Positions 13,195 to 26,271 of a stretch of 64,000 nt of DNA are shown piece by piece; within the stretch, counting starts at the first letter, position 1; each line of letters opens with the position of its first letter. The stretch covers positions 184,760,001 to 184,824,000 of the forward strand of contig NC_042998.1 in NCBI RefSeq assembly GCF_006345805.1, given 5' to 3'. The DNA comes from Octopus sinensis. Taxonomy: Eukaryota. Made by a program: the position numbers and the translations under genes. The notes under the pieces are model-generated. The model made no database searches. It saw only the letters and a program-made list of their open reading frames with translations, and was not told the origin of the DNA.

Positions 13195-13423
13195 ATTGTA
13201 TACAAGTCCGTGACTGTACCAAGTGGCGGTGTTCCATCACCATCGGAAGAGAAAAGGAAGAGACAGGAGGAAAAGGCTCAACAAAATTAACCTCGTCCTC
13301 CACAAATATTACCATGCAGTCAATGCCATCGACTCTTCTATGCAGAGTCATCAACGGCATCATCATAAAAGAAGCGTTCTGCAACGAAGAAAATAAATTC
13401 GCGGTTATGACGACGACGACGAC
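13195..13423 (+). mobile_element. RTE-clade LINE 3' end with a terminal CCHH-like finger
   Basis: Reads ...KWRCSITIG...LPCSQCHRLF..SHQRHH with a (GAC)n tail; homologous to 28705-28978. Confidence 0.65.
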
Positions 13424-14254
13424 TCTATGTATACATCTATGATTGTCTGTGTAAAATGAAAAATACTAAAATATCTCTGTAAATTTCAAGTAAGTATATG
13501 TTCCTGGAGTTTTCCCAGAATTTCTTGTGAAATTTTTCTGAAATTTTGTGAAATTTTGGATCAATTTCAAAAGAAATAATATATTAATTTTTTTGTTGGT
13601 AAATTCTTGACAACTATAATGATAATTGTTGTACCTGCTGTTATCTAACTCTTAAGCGGTCTTAACCGTTAACACCTATATTCAAAGACATTCTACCACC
13701 TGCCTTTTTTTTTTTTATCTAGAGTCCTCTTTTTTTATTTTCAAGGTGGTTGTATGTGTTTTTCTTAGTGAGATTTCAGAGCTATTTTAACATGTGGTAC
13801 ATCGGCTCGTTTTACTAAATCATGTAGAAAGGGAGAAAAAAAGCGTTGGGTTACATATACATGCGTATATTCACACACACACACACACCACACACACACA
13901 CATACACACACACAACACACACACACATTCATATACATCTACATATGATTATATATGTATGTATATAAGTATGTATACTGTAGAATAAATTATAATTTCA
14001 TATGAATAGAAGTAAAAGCATTGAAAATGCACTTTACAATCTTACAAATTTATTTACATTTTCGTAACTGATTTCAGAATTACATAATTTTCAAAAGTTG
14101 TCTGAATTGTAAAATGCAGGATCTACCCTGCAACCCATATTCTAGCTATAAGCGAGAAATAAAGCAGATTCTCAAGGCCAATATACAAAGTGGAAAATTA
14201 TCAAAAACGTAGCAGGTGGAAAACTATCAAAGCTTCTACAATATTAAGGCTAAA

Positions 14255-14420
14255 TATTGAAACAGCTACCCGGTCATTCAAATGTAAATCTGTTATATCT
14301 CGTCTTTGCAAGGCCTTCAACGAAGTTGATAACTGAATGATAAGCATCAGATGATTGTCTCGGAATAGTTAGAGAACTTCATATGTCTACGATAAGGAAA
14401 TACCATTGATGTGAATAAGA
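14255..14420 (+). mobile_element. Old relic of the same CR1-group LINE (RT region)
   Basis: aatgtaaatctgttatatctcgtctttgcaaggccttc...ggaatagttagagaa aligns by eye to 31814-31920 (YLDFAKAFDKVDH region). Confidence 0.6.
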
Positions 14421-14504
14421 AACTCCATGTTAGTGGGCCAAGATAGATAAGGAGTTTAATAGCAAAAACTTTCAAGCACTTCCTTATAAACCGTTTCATA
14501 CTTT

Positions 14505-14755
14505 GTTAGTTAGTTAGTTAGTTAATTTTTTGGCTCAAAAAGCAAAAAGCAAGGCCATGTAGGGGGACATGGAGTTATGTACAGGGTGGTGTTCATGTAA
14601 AGAGTTCAGGCCACTTGTGTTCAAGGGAGACTTTGAACCGAGCGGTCGTCGGCATCTTCATTATCTCGTCCGGCAGCTTATTCCACAGATCCGCAACCCG
14701 GACGGAGAAAGTCCCGCTCCTTTGAAACCATAGGACAACGATATTTAGGAGTATA
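14505..14755 (-). mobile_element. 5'-truncated CR1-type LINE 3' end with (TAAC)n tail
   Basis: Minus strand reads QRSGTFSVRVADLWNKLPDEIMKMPTTARFKVSLEHKWPELFT*, the typical CR1 C-terminal FSxRV..WNxLP...FK..L motif. Confidence 0.75.
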
Positions 14756-14837
14756 AAACACTGCAAATCCAGGAGTTACGGTGTGTGGCCTAGAGATCAA
14801 GAAGAGTGATGATATGTTATACACGCATGCAAAACTA

Positions 14838-14895
<58 letters not shown>

Positions 14896-16086
14896 CATGC
14901 ACACATACGTACATTCATACATACATATGATATCTACACTCACACACACGCACTCTTATACACACACACACTCTTACACACGCACTCCTACACGCACGCA
15001 CACACTCTTACATACACACATCTATATAGAGACTAAAATTCTGATCCAGTAGGCATGTGACCTCTCAACTATTCTTCATCTGACACAGTGGAGTTCAATT
15101 TGAAATCTCATATGGCTGAAACGAACTTCTTAACCGTAGGACCATGCTTGTGACTCTCGCGTTTCTTCTCCCCCTCTCTCTCTGTATATGTGTATGAATG
15201 TTGGCATAAACATATTTATTAATACACACACACATACACACATATATATTACATTTATATATATATATATATATATATATTCTTTTATATATATGTGTGT
15301 GTGTGTATACACCTACACGCTCGTACATACGCACAAAACGCACACATATATGTGTGAAGGTTACAGCAAGCTTGTGCAAATCTGGTTATTACAAAACGTT
15401 TGAAGAAAAACTAGAGACAAAACAATAAAATTTCATAGCAGAGTAATAAATGTTATGTTATATCTGTGATAATGGAAATTGTCGGTCAATTAGTTTGTTT
15501 GCAAGGTACATAAAATCAATGAAGTGTGAATAAGAAAAACGAACTCAGTGAACCATGGCCAGGTACACTGATGAAGTAAAGCGTACTTAAGTATACAAAG
15601 TCAATGAGGAATGTATAATTGCTTGAAATTAATGAAGAAATATTTATGTGCAATATGTTTGCTTAATTTTCGTTCGCGTACACACGCATGCGCATTCACA
15701 CACATATACAATGTATAAACGTTCCTTGTTCGTGACACAGTTTCACATTATTTCTCGTTTCACGTGAAACTCAGAGTTTCTCTGCTATGAAACGGTGATG
15801 TTGCACACATGAATATACTCTTCTTATGTATTGAGTATTGTTTGGCACATAAGTGCTATTTAGTGTATTGAATGACTAGGTGGTATGCACAAATACACGA
15901 TTCAATTCGTTGTATTTGTTTGCTTTTGCGATGTGTTGCTATCAGAATTTGAGGGTGTAAGTGTAACAATTCTTTGTATTTTAGTAATAGAATTCTTCGT
16001 TTATCATGGGGTATGGTTTTCCCCTTACACACACACACACACACATACACGCACGCACGCACACACACACACACACACACACCACC

Positions 16087-16133
<47 letters not shown>

Positions 16134-16139
16134 ACACAG

Positions 16140-16345
16140 CTATAATGAAGGAATCAGTAATAAACGAATCCTCTCCATGTACGTTGTAAAGGGAACGAAT
16201 GGTAGATTCATTGATACCAAATTCGCGGCCCACAGCAGCGAAACTTCCACCGAAAAAAATTTCTTCTAAAATTCACTCGCCTTCGACTTTTGATAGGATG
16301 AGGCGTCTTCGAATTTTTCCTTTTCATTGGCCCCTTGTTGATGAG
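16140..16345 (-). mobile_element. Tigger/pogo transposase N-terminal HTH remnant
   Basis: [19 protein letters not shown] resembles the CENP-B/psq-type HTH of Tigger transposases; truncated by (CA)n. Confidence 0.7.
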
Positions 16346-16677
16346 TACAAGTACGTAAATCCGTATAAAAATATACGCTAGCAACACAGTCTTTGACCGA
16401 TTACCAACCCATGTTACGCTTCTCACAGATCAATCCATGAAAAGCGTACTATGGTTTACTACAGAGCGTATCGTGTTATCTGAGTTCAGTGATAAATGAA
16501 TCAGTTGTAAACACACCTACAAGTACTCTATTTTATTACCTTTTTTAACAAGGCCTCGGAGGTTGGTGCAAAGAAGGAAAGAAAATGCCCTCAAACCTGA
16601 GGCCTGATCCGAATGCTTGCGACTGATTGAACTTTAAAGGCACTTGTGCCAAATCACGGTGTTAAACCGATGACGAA

Positions 16678-16775
16678 GTACTTTATAAGCCATTTCAGGA
16701 TTTGAACTCAGAACGCAAAAAGCCGGAATAGGTATCCAATCCGATGCACCAACAACTCTGGCAACCAACCACCCT
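16678..16775 (-). mobile_element. Degenerate SINE family B fragment
   Basis: gatttgaactcagaacgcaaa is the reverse complement of the family B box-B region. Confidence 0.55.
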
Positions 16776-17059
16776 GGAATGGTATATTTTTATCGAAAAA
16801 TTATGTAGGGAGAATTTGATCTCAGAGCGTAGAAAATCGAAACAATTACTACAAGACATTGTATCCGACGATCACAACCAATTCATCATTAGTGTGTGCA
16901 TGTGTGTGTTTGTGTGTGTATGTGTGTGTGCACGCACGCGCGCGAACATGTGCATGTGTCTATGTATGTGAGTGTGTAAGAGTGTATTGCGATATATGAT
17001 GTGACGTGGCTGTTAGAATTATTAATGTTGTAATTCGCTTGTCAATACTGTATAGCGTA

Positions 17060-17358
17060 CTTCTGGTTCTTTTGGGATTTACATTAGGATACATGGACAG
17101 CGAGGCTCACCAATGGAGAAGTTCTTAAGCAGATAAGGCCGAAAATGTCGCTAGAAGCTAGGATCACCAAGCATAGATTGGCATATTTCGGTCAGTGGCA
17201 AGAGAGGAAAAGGCCGACCCGCAGGCTTGACACCATCAAGAGTGATACCGGAATGAACATAGCCAATCTGAAAGAAGCAGCCCAGGATAGAACTGACTGG
17301 AGGACACTGATCCAACGAGTGACCGAGAGTCGACTTCGACTGAACGGTTAGAGAGAGA
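17060..17358 (+). mobile_element. RTE-BovB-like LINE 3' end
   Basis: SLEARITKHRLAYFG...AQDRTDWRTLIQRVTESRLRLNG* matches the BovB/RTE C-terminus; contains an internal deletion. Confidence 0.8.
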
Positions 17359-17599
17359 CATGTATCTGTCAGTTTCCTGCTCTATATAGGTTTTGTTGTT
17401 TCCTTGTTTAGATAATGCACGTTCGATTGTATTTCTGCTGTTTAAGTACCGGTACTGGGGCGTTGCTTCTGAGATTGTCCTTAGCTGTAATCGGGCTGGC
17501 TATTTTAGTTACGTAGTTTCGGTTGTGATTCTTATGTTGCTTTTGGGTGTTCGCAAAATCATTTCTATGTAACGCAGTATCAATGTTGGTGATTATATT

Positions 17600-17840
17600 C
17601 AGTGGCGCAGCTTCAGTGTGTGCCGTCTAGGTAGCCCTTAAGTTTGCTGTCTTTACCGGACTAATGTAACCTATACACGCTTATACAACAGACCTCAAAG
17701 TATTGATCCCATGAAAGCGTTTCCCGGGATGGACCGCCCGCATGACGCCCCAATCCGTTGTTACACTATTGATCATGGTCTTATCTCATTCTGTAAACTG
17801 AAGAGCTGCCCCGGGCGGCACACACTCTAGCTACGCTAGA
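17600..17840. mobile_element. MITE with ~32-bp degenerate TIRs (CAGTGGCGTAGC-type ends)
   Basis: Left gcgcagcttcagtgtgtgccgtctaggtagc (17605-17635) versus reverse complement of right arm gcgtagctagagtgtgtgccgcccggggcagc (17805-17836). Confidence 0.65.
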
Positions 17841-18145
17841 TATAAAGGCAGTTTAGTCGCAATGTTAAGTCACGTCTAGTGCTATGTATCTTGGTTTTCT
17901 ACCATCACTTAATGCAGAAATTAACGTCTCCCATAATGATAGTAACTGGTTATGTGCTAAGGTACTGTGGATCGTGCAAGAGAGTTAGTGAGATTGGTAG
18001 AAATATGTATAAGTGTTATACATTAAGGAGTTTTTTTTTTGTTGGATTTTATCTGATACACTTTCGTTTCAAGTACATTGACGTGAACTTTTATACTACT
18101 GGCGTGTTATATATAGAATCAATTCCTCACATAAGCAACCATAAA

Positions 18146-18373
18146 GGCGACAAGCTGGCAGAAACGTTAGCACGCGGGGCGAAATGCTTAGCGGTATTTC
18201 GCCTGCCGCTACGTTCTGAGTTCAAATTCCGCCGAGGCCGATTTTGCCTTTCATCCTTTCGGGGTCGATTAAATAAGTATCAGTTACGCACTGGGGTCGA
18301 TATAATCGACTTAATCCGTTTGTGTGTCCTTGTTTGTCCCCTCTGTGTGTAGCCCCTTGTGGGCAGTACAGAA
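18146..18373 (+). mobile_element. SINE family B, full length, with 15-bp TSD
   Basis: ataagcaaccataaa at 18131-18145 and 18374-18388 flanks the element. Confidence 0.95.
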
Positions 18374-18599
18374 ATAAGCAACCATAAACATATCATGAAT
18401 TCTCCCGCAAGTTTCGTTTGTTTTGTTTATTTTTCTTAGGTGTAATCTAGAATTTATGGGAAATAATTTCTTGCATCCAAAATATAAGTGCTTGACTGAA
18501 GTGTTTCATGCCAAATATAAAAAGTCTTTTTTTTTTTCTAGAAATAATAGTAAGAGTAATCTTCGAACTTTTCTAGGCCAATGTTTGTTGATAAAATAA

Positions 18600-19500
18600 A
18601 GTGTATGGTTGTGAGTGTGATTGTTGAAATACTGCCAAGAGATGATCAAGCAAGATGTTTATTATGTAGTTCGGTCTGCAACACAGAAGGCGTGACGACA
18701 GAAGTAGAAGCTGCTTCGATATAATTCTGGGAATGTTACAATGTTCGGAACAGGAGCAGCACTAGTAGTAATAGAGAAAGCAAACTGTCTTTGGACTAGT
18801 TATTGTAAATCTGTAGCGTGTTAAGTGAAAGTGTTAAGTAAATCACATACAAATAGTCGAGAATGTTTGTATGTGTATCAATTGCACCGTCTTAGTACTC
18901 TAAACTGGAGTACATATGTACTTGGTAGAGAATTAGTAGCTGTTAGAGCGAATATATTCACTGGTTTTGAAGAGGCAGCCTAAACTTTAAGGTGCAGTAC
19001 TAGTTATGTTATCGAAATCGTAAAAATCTTGTATGTACAATGAACTTAGAACTGGATTGACCCTGTAGAGGTTACCTTACCTTTGAGATGCAGTATTTAT
19101 TATGCTTTAAATGCTGTTGTGCGAATTTGACATAATTTTCTATGCATGATGAGGATGTGAAAATATGTATGAGGTGGATGTGAGAATCTGTATTTTGTTG
19201 CAAGTGTAATTTGTAACACGAGTTGGGAAAAGGATTTGGTTAGCATGTGGTCATTCCAAGACGATGTCATTGGTACCTATGTTCATAATAATAATGCTTG
19301 TCTGATAAAAAAAAAATGCTTTAGATTCTGTGTAATACATACGTACAAAAGGTCAGAAAACCTAAGAGAGGTTTTCTCTCAATAGGATTGCTTGAGGTTT
19401 GAAGTAACAATGAAAAGAGCACTGAGGCGAACTTGGGTGATAGAATATGAATCGAAAATATGTACTACAGTTGAGTGAACCGGTAGTAAATGTTCAATTG
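18600..19500 (-). mobile_element. Highly decayed LINE RT relic
   Basis: Minus-strand fragments LSPK...LFSL and (Y)xNDIVL resemble RT motifs; no long ORF. Confidence 0.3.
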
Positions 19501-19560
19501 AAGAGAAGAAATGTTCATAGAACTCTTTGGAGGACAGGTACAGCTGGGGGTACTTTTATA

Positions 19561-19865
19561 GGCGCAGGAGTGGCTGTGAGGTAAGAAGCTTGTTTCCTAA
19601 CCACATGGTTCCGGATTCTGTTCCACTGTGTGGCACCTTGGGCAAGTGTCTTCTGCTATAGCCTCGAGCCGATCAAAAGCCTTTTGAGTGGATTTGGTAG
19701 GCAGAAACTGAAAGAAGCCCGTCGTGCATATGTATATGTATGTGTGTGCGTGCGTGTGACTTCGTGTCTCTCTTTGTCCTCCACCACAACTTGACAATCG
19801 GTGATAGTGTGTTTACGTCCCCATACCTTAGCGGTTCGGCAAAAGAGACCAATAAAATACCGTAA
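19561..19865 (+). mobile_element. SINE family A, 3'-truncated
   Basis: ggcgcaggagtggctgtgaggtaag...cttagcggttcggcaaaagagacc. Confidence 0.9.
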
Positions 19866-20065
19866 ATCTTCGAGTATAATCCACATCTTTTCCCCAAAAT
19901 TTAAAGGTTAAAATCCCTAGTGCGTACTATATACGAGGTTAAAAATGTAAAATATTTTCTAAGCAATATCCGAGTCTCTATTTGCTGTCCGGCAATGTTT
20001 ATTCAGACGCATTTTGTGATGTCGAGCGCGAAAATACCTTAAGCTAAATACTCGAGGATTTACGG

Positions 20066-20186
20066 TAAGTACTAGGCTTAAGATAGAATAAGTGCTGGGG
20101 TCGATAAATTCGACTGAAAATTTTTCAAGGGGGCGCCCCAGCATGACCGTAGTCTAATGACAGAAACAAGTAAAAGATAAAAGAGA
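20066..20186 (+). mobile_element. SINE family A 3' fragment
   Basis: aagtactaggctta...gccccagcatgaccgtagtctaatgacagaaacaagtaaaag. Confidence 0.85.
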
Positions 20187-20549
20187 ATTTTTCAAGTTGT
20201 CCATACTAATAGCGTATAAAAGTCCTGTAAAGAATTTTTTCCCTATTCAATTTATTTTATTTAGTGTATGGATTATACATACATACATAAAAAGGTATCA
20301 GTAGCAAGGTCGTTCATAACCTGATGGTAGACAGTTGACTACCGAAGAAATGTAAACAAAAGATCTAACTTTAAATCATAAAAACGCAGTGCAGCCAACC
20401 GTTGGCAGCGTTATTCACTATATTCCACGGAGAACGGGAGAAGTATCCTCTAGGTTATTCAAATGTTTTAGATGCTAATGTTTATATTTTTAGAGGCATT
20501 ATTCAAATTTCTTAAATGCTTTGGTAATACGTACATATACACACACACA

Positions 20550-20609
<60 letters not shown>

Positions 20610-21003
20610 TTCGCTCGAATGTGTTCTTTATTCCTCTCCCTTACGTTCCTTCTTACGTTCTCTCTCGCTCTCTTTTTCTGTCACTGGGAGACAAATCAAT
20701 GAATTCTTAAACAGCCCAATTTAGGTGAAAATAAAGAATTTTAAAAATGGGAAACATCTAACATAGAGAACAAAAATATTTTCTTAAGGTTTATTTTTTC
20801 CCGTTAAAATTTCTCCATAAAACTTTATTCTTTGTTTGTAGCAGATCTGTTTATATATACAGGAGAGGAACACATATACTAAAACGTAGATAAATTTACA
20901 TATACATTCATGCATCATATGTACGTGACAAACTTTTAAAGAATATGGTTTACAACTGAGGCCACGTTTGCATCCTGCAGGCGATGTTACAAATTTTTCT
21001 ATC

Positions 21004-21046
<43 letters not shown>

Positions 21047-21312
21047 CCGGGCTGCGTGTTGTGTTATGAGCAAGGCACTTTATTTCACGTTGCTCCAGTT
21101 CACTCAGCTGTAGAAATGAGTTGCGACGTCACTGGTGCCAAGCTGTATCGACCTTTGTCTTTCCCTTGGATAACACTGGTGGCGTGGAGAGGGGAGGCCG
21201 GTATGCATGGGCGACTGCTGGTCTTCCATAAACAACCTTGCCCGGACTTGTGACTAGGAGGGTAACTTTCTAGGTGCAATCCCATGGTCATTCATGACCG
21301 AAGGGGGTCTTT

Positions 21313-21313
<1 letters not shown>
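21047..21313 (+). mobile_element. SINE family E (5'-truncated) inserted in a (TA)n tract
   Basis: gagcaaggcactttatttcacgttgctccagttcactcagctgtagaaatgag is a typical SINE central domain; (TA)n on both sides. Confidence 0.65.
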
Positions 21314-21354
<41 letters not shown>

Positions 21355-21544
21355 CAAAGAAATTCCAACTCTGTTTTTTATGTTTTATTTATATTCTTTA
21401 TAATATTAATGTAGAATACAGAATATATAGTATAAATAATATATATATAGTAAAATGAAATGAAGTATTGATTGTCTTATTGAATAGATGAAATGTTGAA
21501 TATAAAATATTAGGAGACTAGTATACTTTCATGCGTTATAGCAG

Positions 21545-21690
21545 TCTTCAAGGTCTCAGGTTGTGACAGGGTACACGTGCCTGGGGAGTGTTCAACCACT
21601 TGTACGTTAATTTCACTAGGCGGCTGCTCCGTTTATCGGATCAGCTGGAAGCCTTGTCGTCGTAACCGTAATACCAGTAATACCAGGCCT
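21545..21690 (+). mobile_element. SINE family D 3' fragment
   Basis: ggtacacgtg...ccacttgtacgttaatttc...ggatcagctgg...gtcgtcgtaaccg matches 52140-52250. Confidence 0.75.
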
Positions 21691-22881
21691 TGTTATTATG
21701 TGGACCGCGGTCCACGTCGACTGGCTGCTGGTATGCATGATCTCAACTACTTAGTTTAAGTCATCTAATCTGGACTGTTCAAACTGTGATATCACTTTGA
21801 TGTAGCAGTTAGTACGATTATATGATTTGTAGCAGACGCGGCACACGAATCCCGTAGCCGATGTCATAGTTTCTTTTTCTGTTTTCTTTTTCTCTATATT
21901 AGATATATATATATATATAGAACCATAAGTTGATACTGTGTTGACTAAGATATTTACGAATGACCTTGAAACCGAGAAATGTCGCAATCTATCTGATAAT
22001 GAAGGCCAAAAGGGCTGATGTTTATACAAAATGATGCAAACTATGTAGATTACTGTAGTTACATTGCATTTGCTGTTTGTATTTTCGATTTGTTACTTTC
22101 TAACATTGTCACAATACTACAAATTTGAAAGTAAATGTATAGTTGATCATATTGACCTCATCAAAGTACCTCTTTATAAGTACTTTCTATCGAATTCACT
22201 GATTTCATCTTAGCGAGGATTGAACGCAGAAGATAAAACGGCGTACTTCAATCACACAATGACCGATGTTCTATAGTTTCTGACACTACTTTACTCATTA
22301 TCCTTATAATATTATGACATAGTGGTCTATCGATATAAATAAAATATTACAACTTGCATGTTGAGACATATAAACAGCGTTGTTCCATCATTTGATCTAG
22401 ATTCAAATTGATAAAAAGCTCATCTTTGTGAGCTTTCTTGAGCCTTTGTGAGATAACTCAAAGATACGTTGTCTCGTTTTCTATCGACAACCTGAATCCA
22501 TTGTCACTGGAGCATTGCAAAATTAGTTAAGTGAATATGTCAGAGGAAGTCTTGGCTTAGTTGAACTAAATAGTAGTAGTAGAGACTTTCTTTCAGTATA
22601 TTTTTGAAATAAACTTACTATTAGAAGGCGAGGAATCCAATATTTTACCGAGTTTGTTGATATACTTTAGATTTTTCTTCGAATTAAATAATGGTAGTTT
22701 GATTCTAAAGTGTATAGGCTTAGGAATGTGTATACTATAACTCTCCAAGAGATAGCACAGGTTATGTACAGACAGTAAATAGGAAATTTATTGAAGCATC
22801 CTTTCTAATGTGATATCTAATTTTGGTCAGTCTTGTTCTTCTATGAATAATGTGTATGTGTGTGTGTGTGTGTATGTATGC

Positions 22882-22943
<62 letters not shown>

Positions 22944-23027
22944 GTGTATATATATATATATAAAAATATGGAACGCTTCACGAATTTGCGTGTCATCCTT
23001 GCGCATATATATGTATATGTATATATG

Positions 23028-23110
<83 letters not shown>

Positions 23111-23172
23111 AAGAGGGTGAGAGAGAGAGAGAGAAAGAGGGTGAGAGAGAGAGACATACATATGTATGCATG

Positions 23173-23555
23173 TTTTACTTGTTTCAGTTATTGGACTGTG
23201 GGCACACTAGGGCACCTCCTTCAAAGGTATAGTCAAACAAATACACCCCAGTTACTTGCATTTTAATGTCTAGTACTTCTTCGGTTTCTTTTGCTGAAAC
23301 CGCTTGCTTACGGGGACGTAAGCAAACCAACACCAGTTTTCAAACGTTGGGATGATGCACAAACTCGAAGACGCGCACACACAAACACACATACATTATA
23401 CGACTGGCTTCTATCGTAGTTTCCGTCTACAAAATTCACTCACAAAGCATTGGTAGACCCGGAACTATTGTTGAAAACACTTGCTCTAGTTACTATGCAG
23501 TAGGGTTCAACCCGAAACCATGTGGTTGCAAAGTGAGTATCTTAACCACACAGTC
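23173..23555 (-). mobile_element. SINE family A, diverged, antisense
   Basis: ttttacttgtttcag...ttttgctgaaaccgct...cccgaaaccatgtggttg...cttaaccacacag. Confidence 0.8.
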
Positions 23556-24127
23556 TCGGGCATAACTATATACATGTATATACTTCTAAAAATTGAACAG
23601 TAGAATACGAGAAAACTAAGATGGTCACCATTTGCAAATAATAAGTAGAAATTGTTCACAAAATGAAATCATGTGGAGAGATCTGATGAGGAAGTTGAAA
23701 GATCTCATCAGCGAAGGGCTTTGCTCGTAATGTCTCATATTTTCTTTTACGACAAACTATTTTATTCTAGTTTGAGAAGTTTTCATGATAAAGAGCCGTG
23801 AATTGTTTCTTTTTTTATTTTGTAGTTATAAACCGGGTCATTCGAGAGTGAAGAAGCTTGTCATAATATCTTGTTCCCAATGGTTTCATATTACATCAAC
23901 CAAAATTTAGAGACTAAATATATATGTAGCAATAATATTTTGAAATAACCATGAAGAAATTCTTCAGAAAATTGTATTAAGAATTTAGCTTTTCTAATCT
24001 CCCATGGACATTGATTGAGATAGATTCATTTACTGAAGAATTCAGGGAATTTTTCCTTTTACTAATGTAGTAACAGGATTAAACATTTTCTTTATGAACC
24101 TAAGTTATGGGTATGTGTGCATATATA

Positions 24128-24189
<62 letters not shown>

Positions 24190-26117
24190 CACACACACAT
24201 ATATATAGCGTGAGGAGCACCCGTGCGTGCGTGTGTTTGTGTGACCGCGCTCGCGGATGCGAGTGCTTGTGTTTGCGTGTGTGTGTGTGTGTGTGTGTGT
24301 GTTTGTATGTGTGTGTGTATGCGTGTGTGTGTATGTGTGTGTGTGTGTGTCTATGATGTATAGATTGCAAATCACTATGTCACTTATTTTATCGAACTCA
24401 AAAATAAATCTCAGTACGAAAAATAAAAACAAAACGATGAAATAATTGTAAATAAATAAAATGGATGAAACTAAATATTGTGAAATTCTTAATCCTGTTT
24501 TCTAATGTTTTTGGCAGCTCAACCAAAATATAATATTGCGACTTGTGGAAAGTAAAAGAGAAACATTTAGGCTGAAATTGAATTCGTATTTTACACTGAA
24601 TTCTATTATAAATAGTCTGCATCTGGCCCTGTGCCTAAATCATAAATCGTTATTTACAAATAGTGCCAAAGTTAGCGAAATAATCTGTTGTTGCCATTCT
24701 TTAATGTTTGCGTAAGCTACCCGCCTCTCATTTTGTGGGACAATTAACGAAAAGGATGTGTATTCTATAATGCGAAAATTAATTTAATTGTGAGATAGCG
24801 TGTTGGCTTTCTCACTTTCTGCATGTGTATATACTTTGCAATAATTTTTCTTTCAAAAGCGTTTTGTATAAGCCCTGTATAGTTTTTTTTTGTTGTTTTA
24901 TTGCTGTTTGTGAAATAGATGTTCACTTTATTTCATCGAATTGACCATGAAGGTCGTACGCAGATAAAGGTAGCTGCGGGCTGGACAGAGACATTAATGT
25001 GTATGAAAACGACAAAGATGGAAAAAAAAAATAATAATAAAAGGGGCACCGGCGCCCGCCGACCGATAGCCCCTCGAAATCACTGTTCAATTTAAATCAA
25101 TATAAATCAAAATTATAATCGCAAAAATTTACCGCTAAGAAAGAAGATATGTTTGTTGCAATTTTATAGAGAAATGGAGTTTTGCGAGTCCGCGTTGGAA
25201 TGCTTTCTCTTCAGTATGAAGGAAAGCAGTGATGTTTTTGAGGCAACCGTAGCTTTTCTTAATGTCATTCTATCGAAGATCTTACGGGGAAATGCTTATT
25301 CATAACGTTGAAGTTTTGCGCGAACATTAAAACAATATGGAGGTTTATACAATATAATACTTCGTTCCATATTTTTTAACTAGCTAGTATTAATGTTCTG
25401 TGTGTAAAAACTTGAACTTGAATAAGTGGTTTCACATAAATGGGGATAAATTAAAAAGGTTTGTTGTTATTATTATTACTGTTTGACTATTGTAATCACG
25501 TTTGTTGGTTCCTCGTCAGGAAAACGTTGTTGTGTTGCATTTGATAAATAATTGTAAACCGTAACCCTCCCCCTTTCGGAGAAGGGGCTTTGGTTAATGT
25601 TTAAAAATTCGGTTACTGCCTTTTAATGCGTCAATGTACATCTAAGGGGTTCTTCGCCAGAGAATATAAACTCGCTAATATAACCTAATTTTGTAAGTAT
25701 TAGTGAGAACTTGCTGGAACCTATGTTTCTAAAGCAAGATTTCTTGTTTATATCTTACCACACAATGGCGTTGTCATACACTGAAAGACGGGCACATATA
25801 AAAAAAAATGTCAACCCTTCTTTACATTTGTTTGCTTGTCTGTACACATAAAACTGAAGATATTGAAAACACATGCTTCTGAGTGCATATATACAACACG
25901 TTCTGCATATGTTAAGTGAATAGATGAACGAACGACAGATTTTCTATCTTTCTTTTTTTTTTTTACAGCTAATCGAATTTCGATAATTAACCGTATGCCG
26001 ATACGCTTAAACATACCTTCGCTTATATGTCATTCTTTATACCTACTACAATCGTTGGTGATAACAAATCGTCTCAAATCTCAAGAATCTTCCTTAGGAT
26101 TCTTGCACAATATAGGA

Positions 26118-26265
26118 TGGTATTCAAATTCCACCGAGTTCGACTTTGCCTTTCATCCTTTCGGAGTAGATAAATTAAGTACCAATTGCGTACTGGGGGC
26201 GATCTAATCGACTAACATCCTCCCCCAAAATTTCAAGCCTAGTGCTTAGAGTAGAAAAGAATATA
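26118..26265 (+). mobile_element. SINE family B, 5'-truncated
   Basis: ttcaaattccaccgagttcgactttgcctttcatcctttcggagtagataaattaagtacc. Confidence 0.85.
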
Positions 26266-26271
26266 GGATGG

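Noticed and set aside
15561-15600. ctgatga followed by an agta/tact stem
   Set aside because: GAAA core is absent (taag).
19066-19085. accctgtaga, resembling the start of miR-10
   Set aside because: Match ends after 10 nt, there is no precursor hairpin, and it lies within a LINE relic.
23675-23712. ctgatgag-gaagtt-gaaa hammerhead-like string
   Set aside because: No stem III or NUH after GAAA; better explained as a simple hairpin ctgatgag/ctcatcag.
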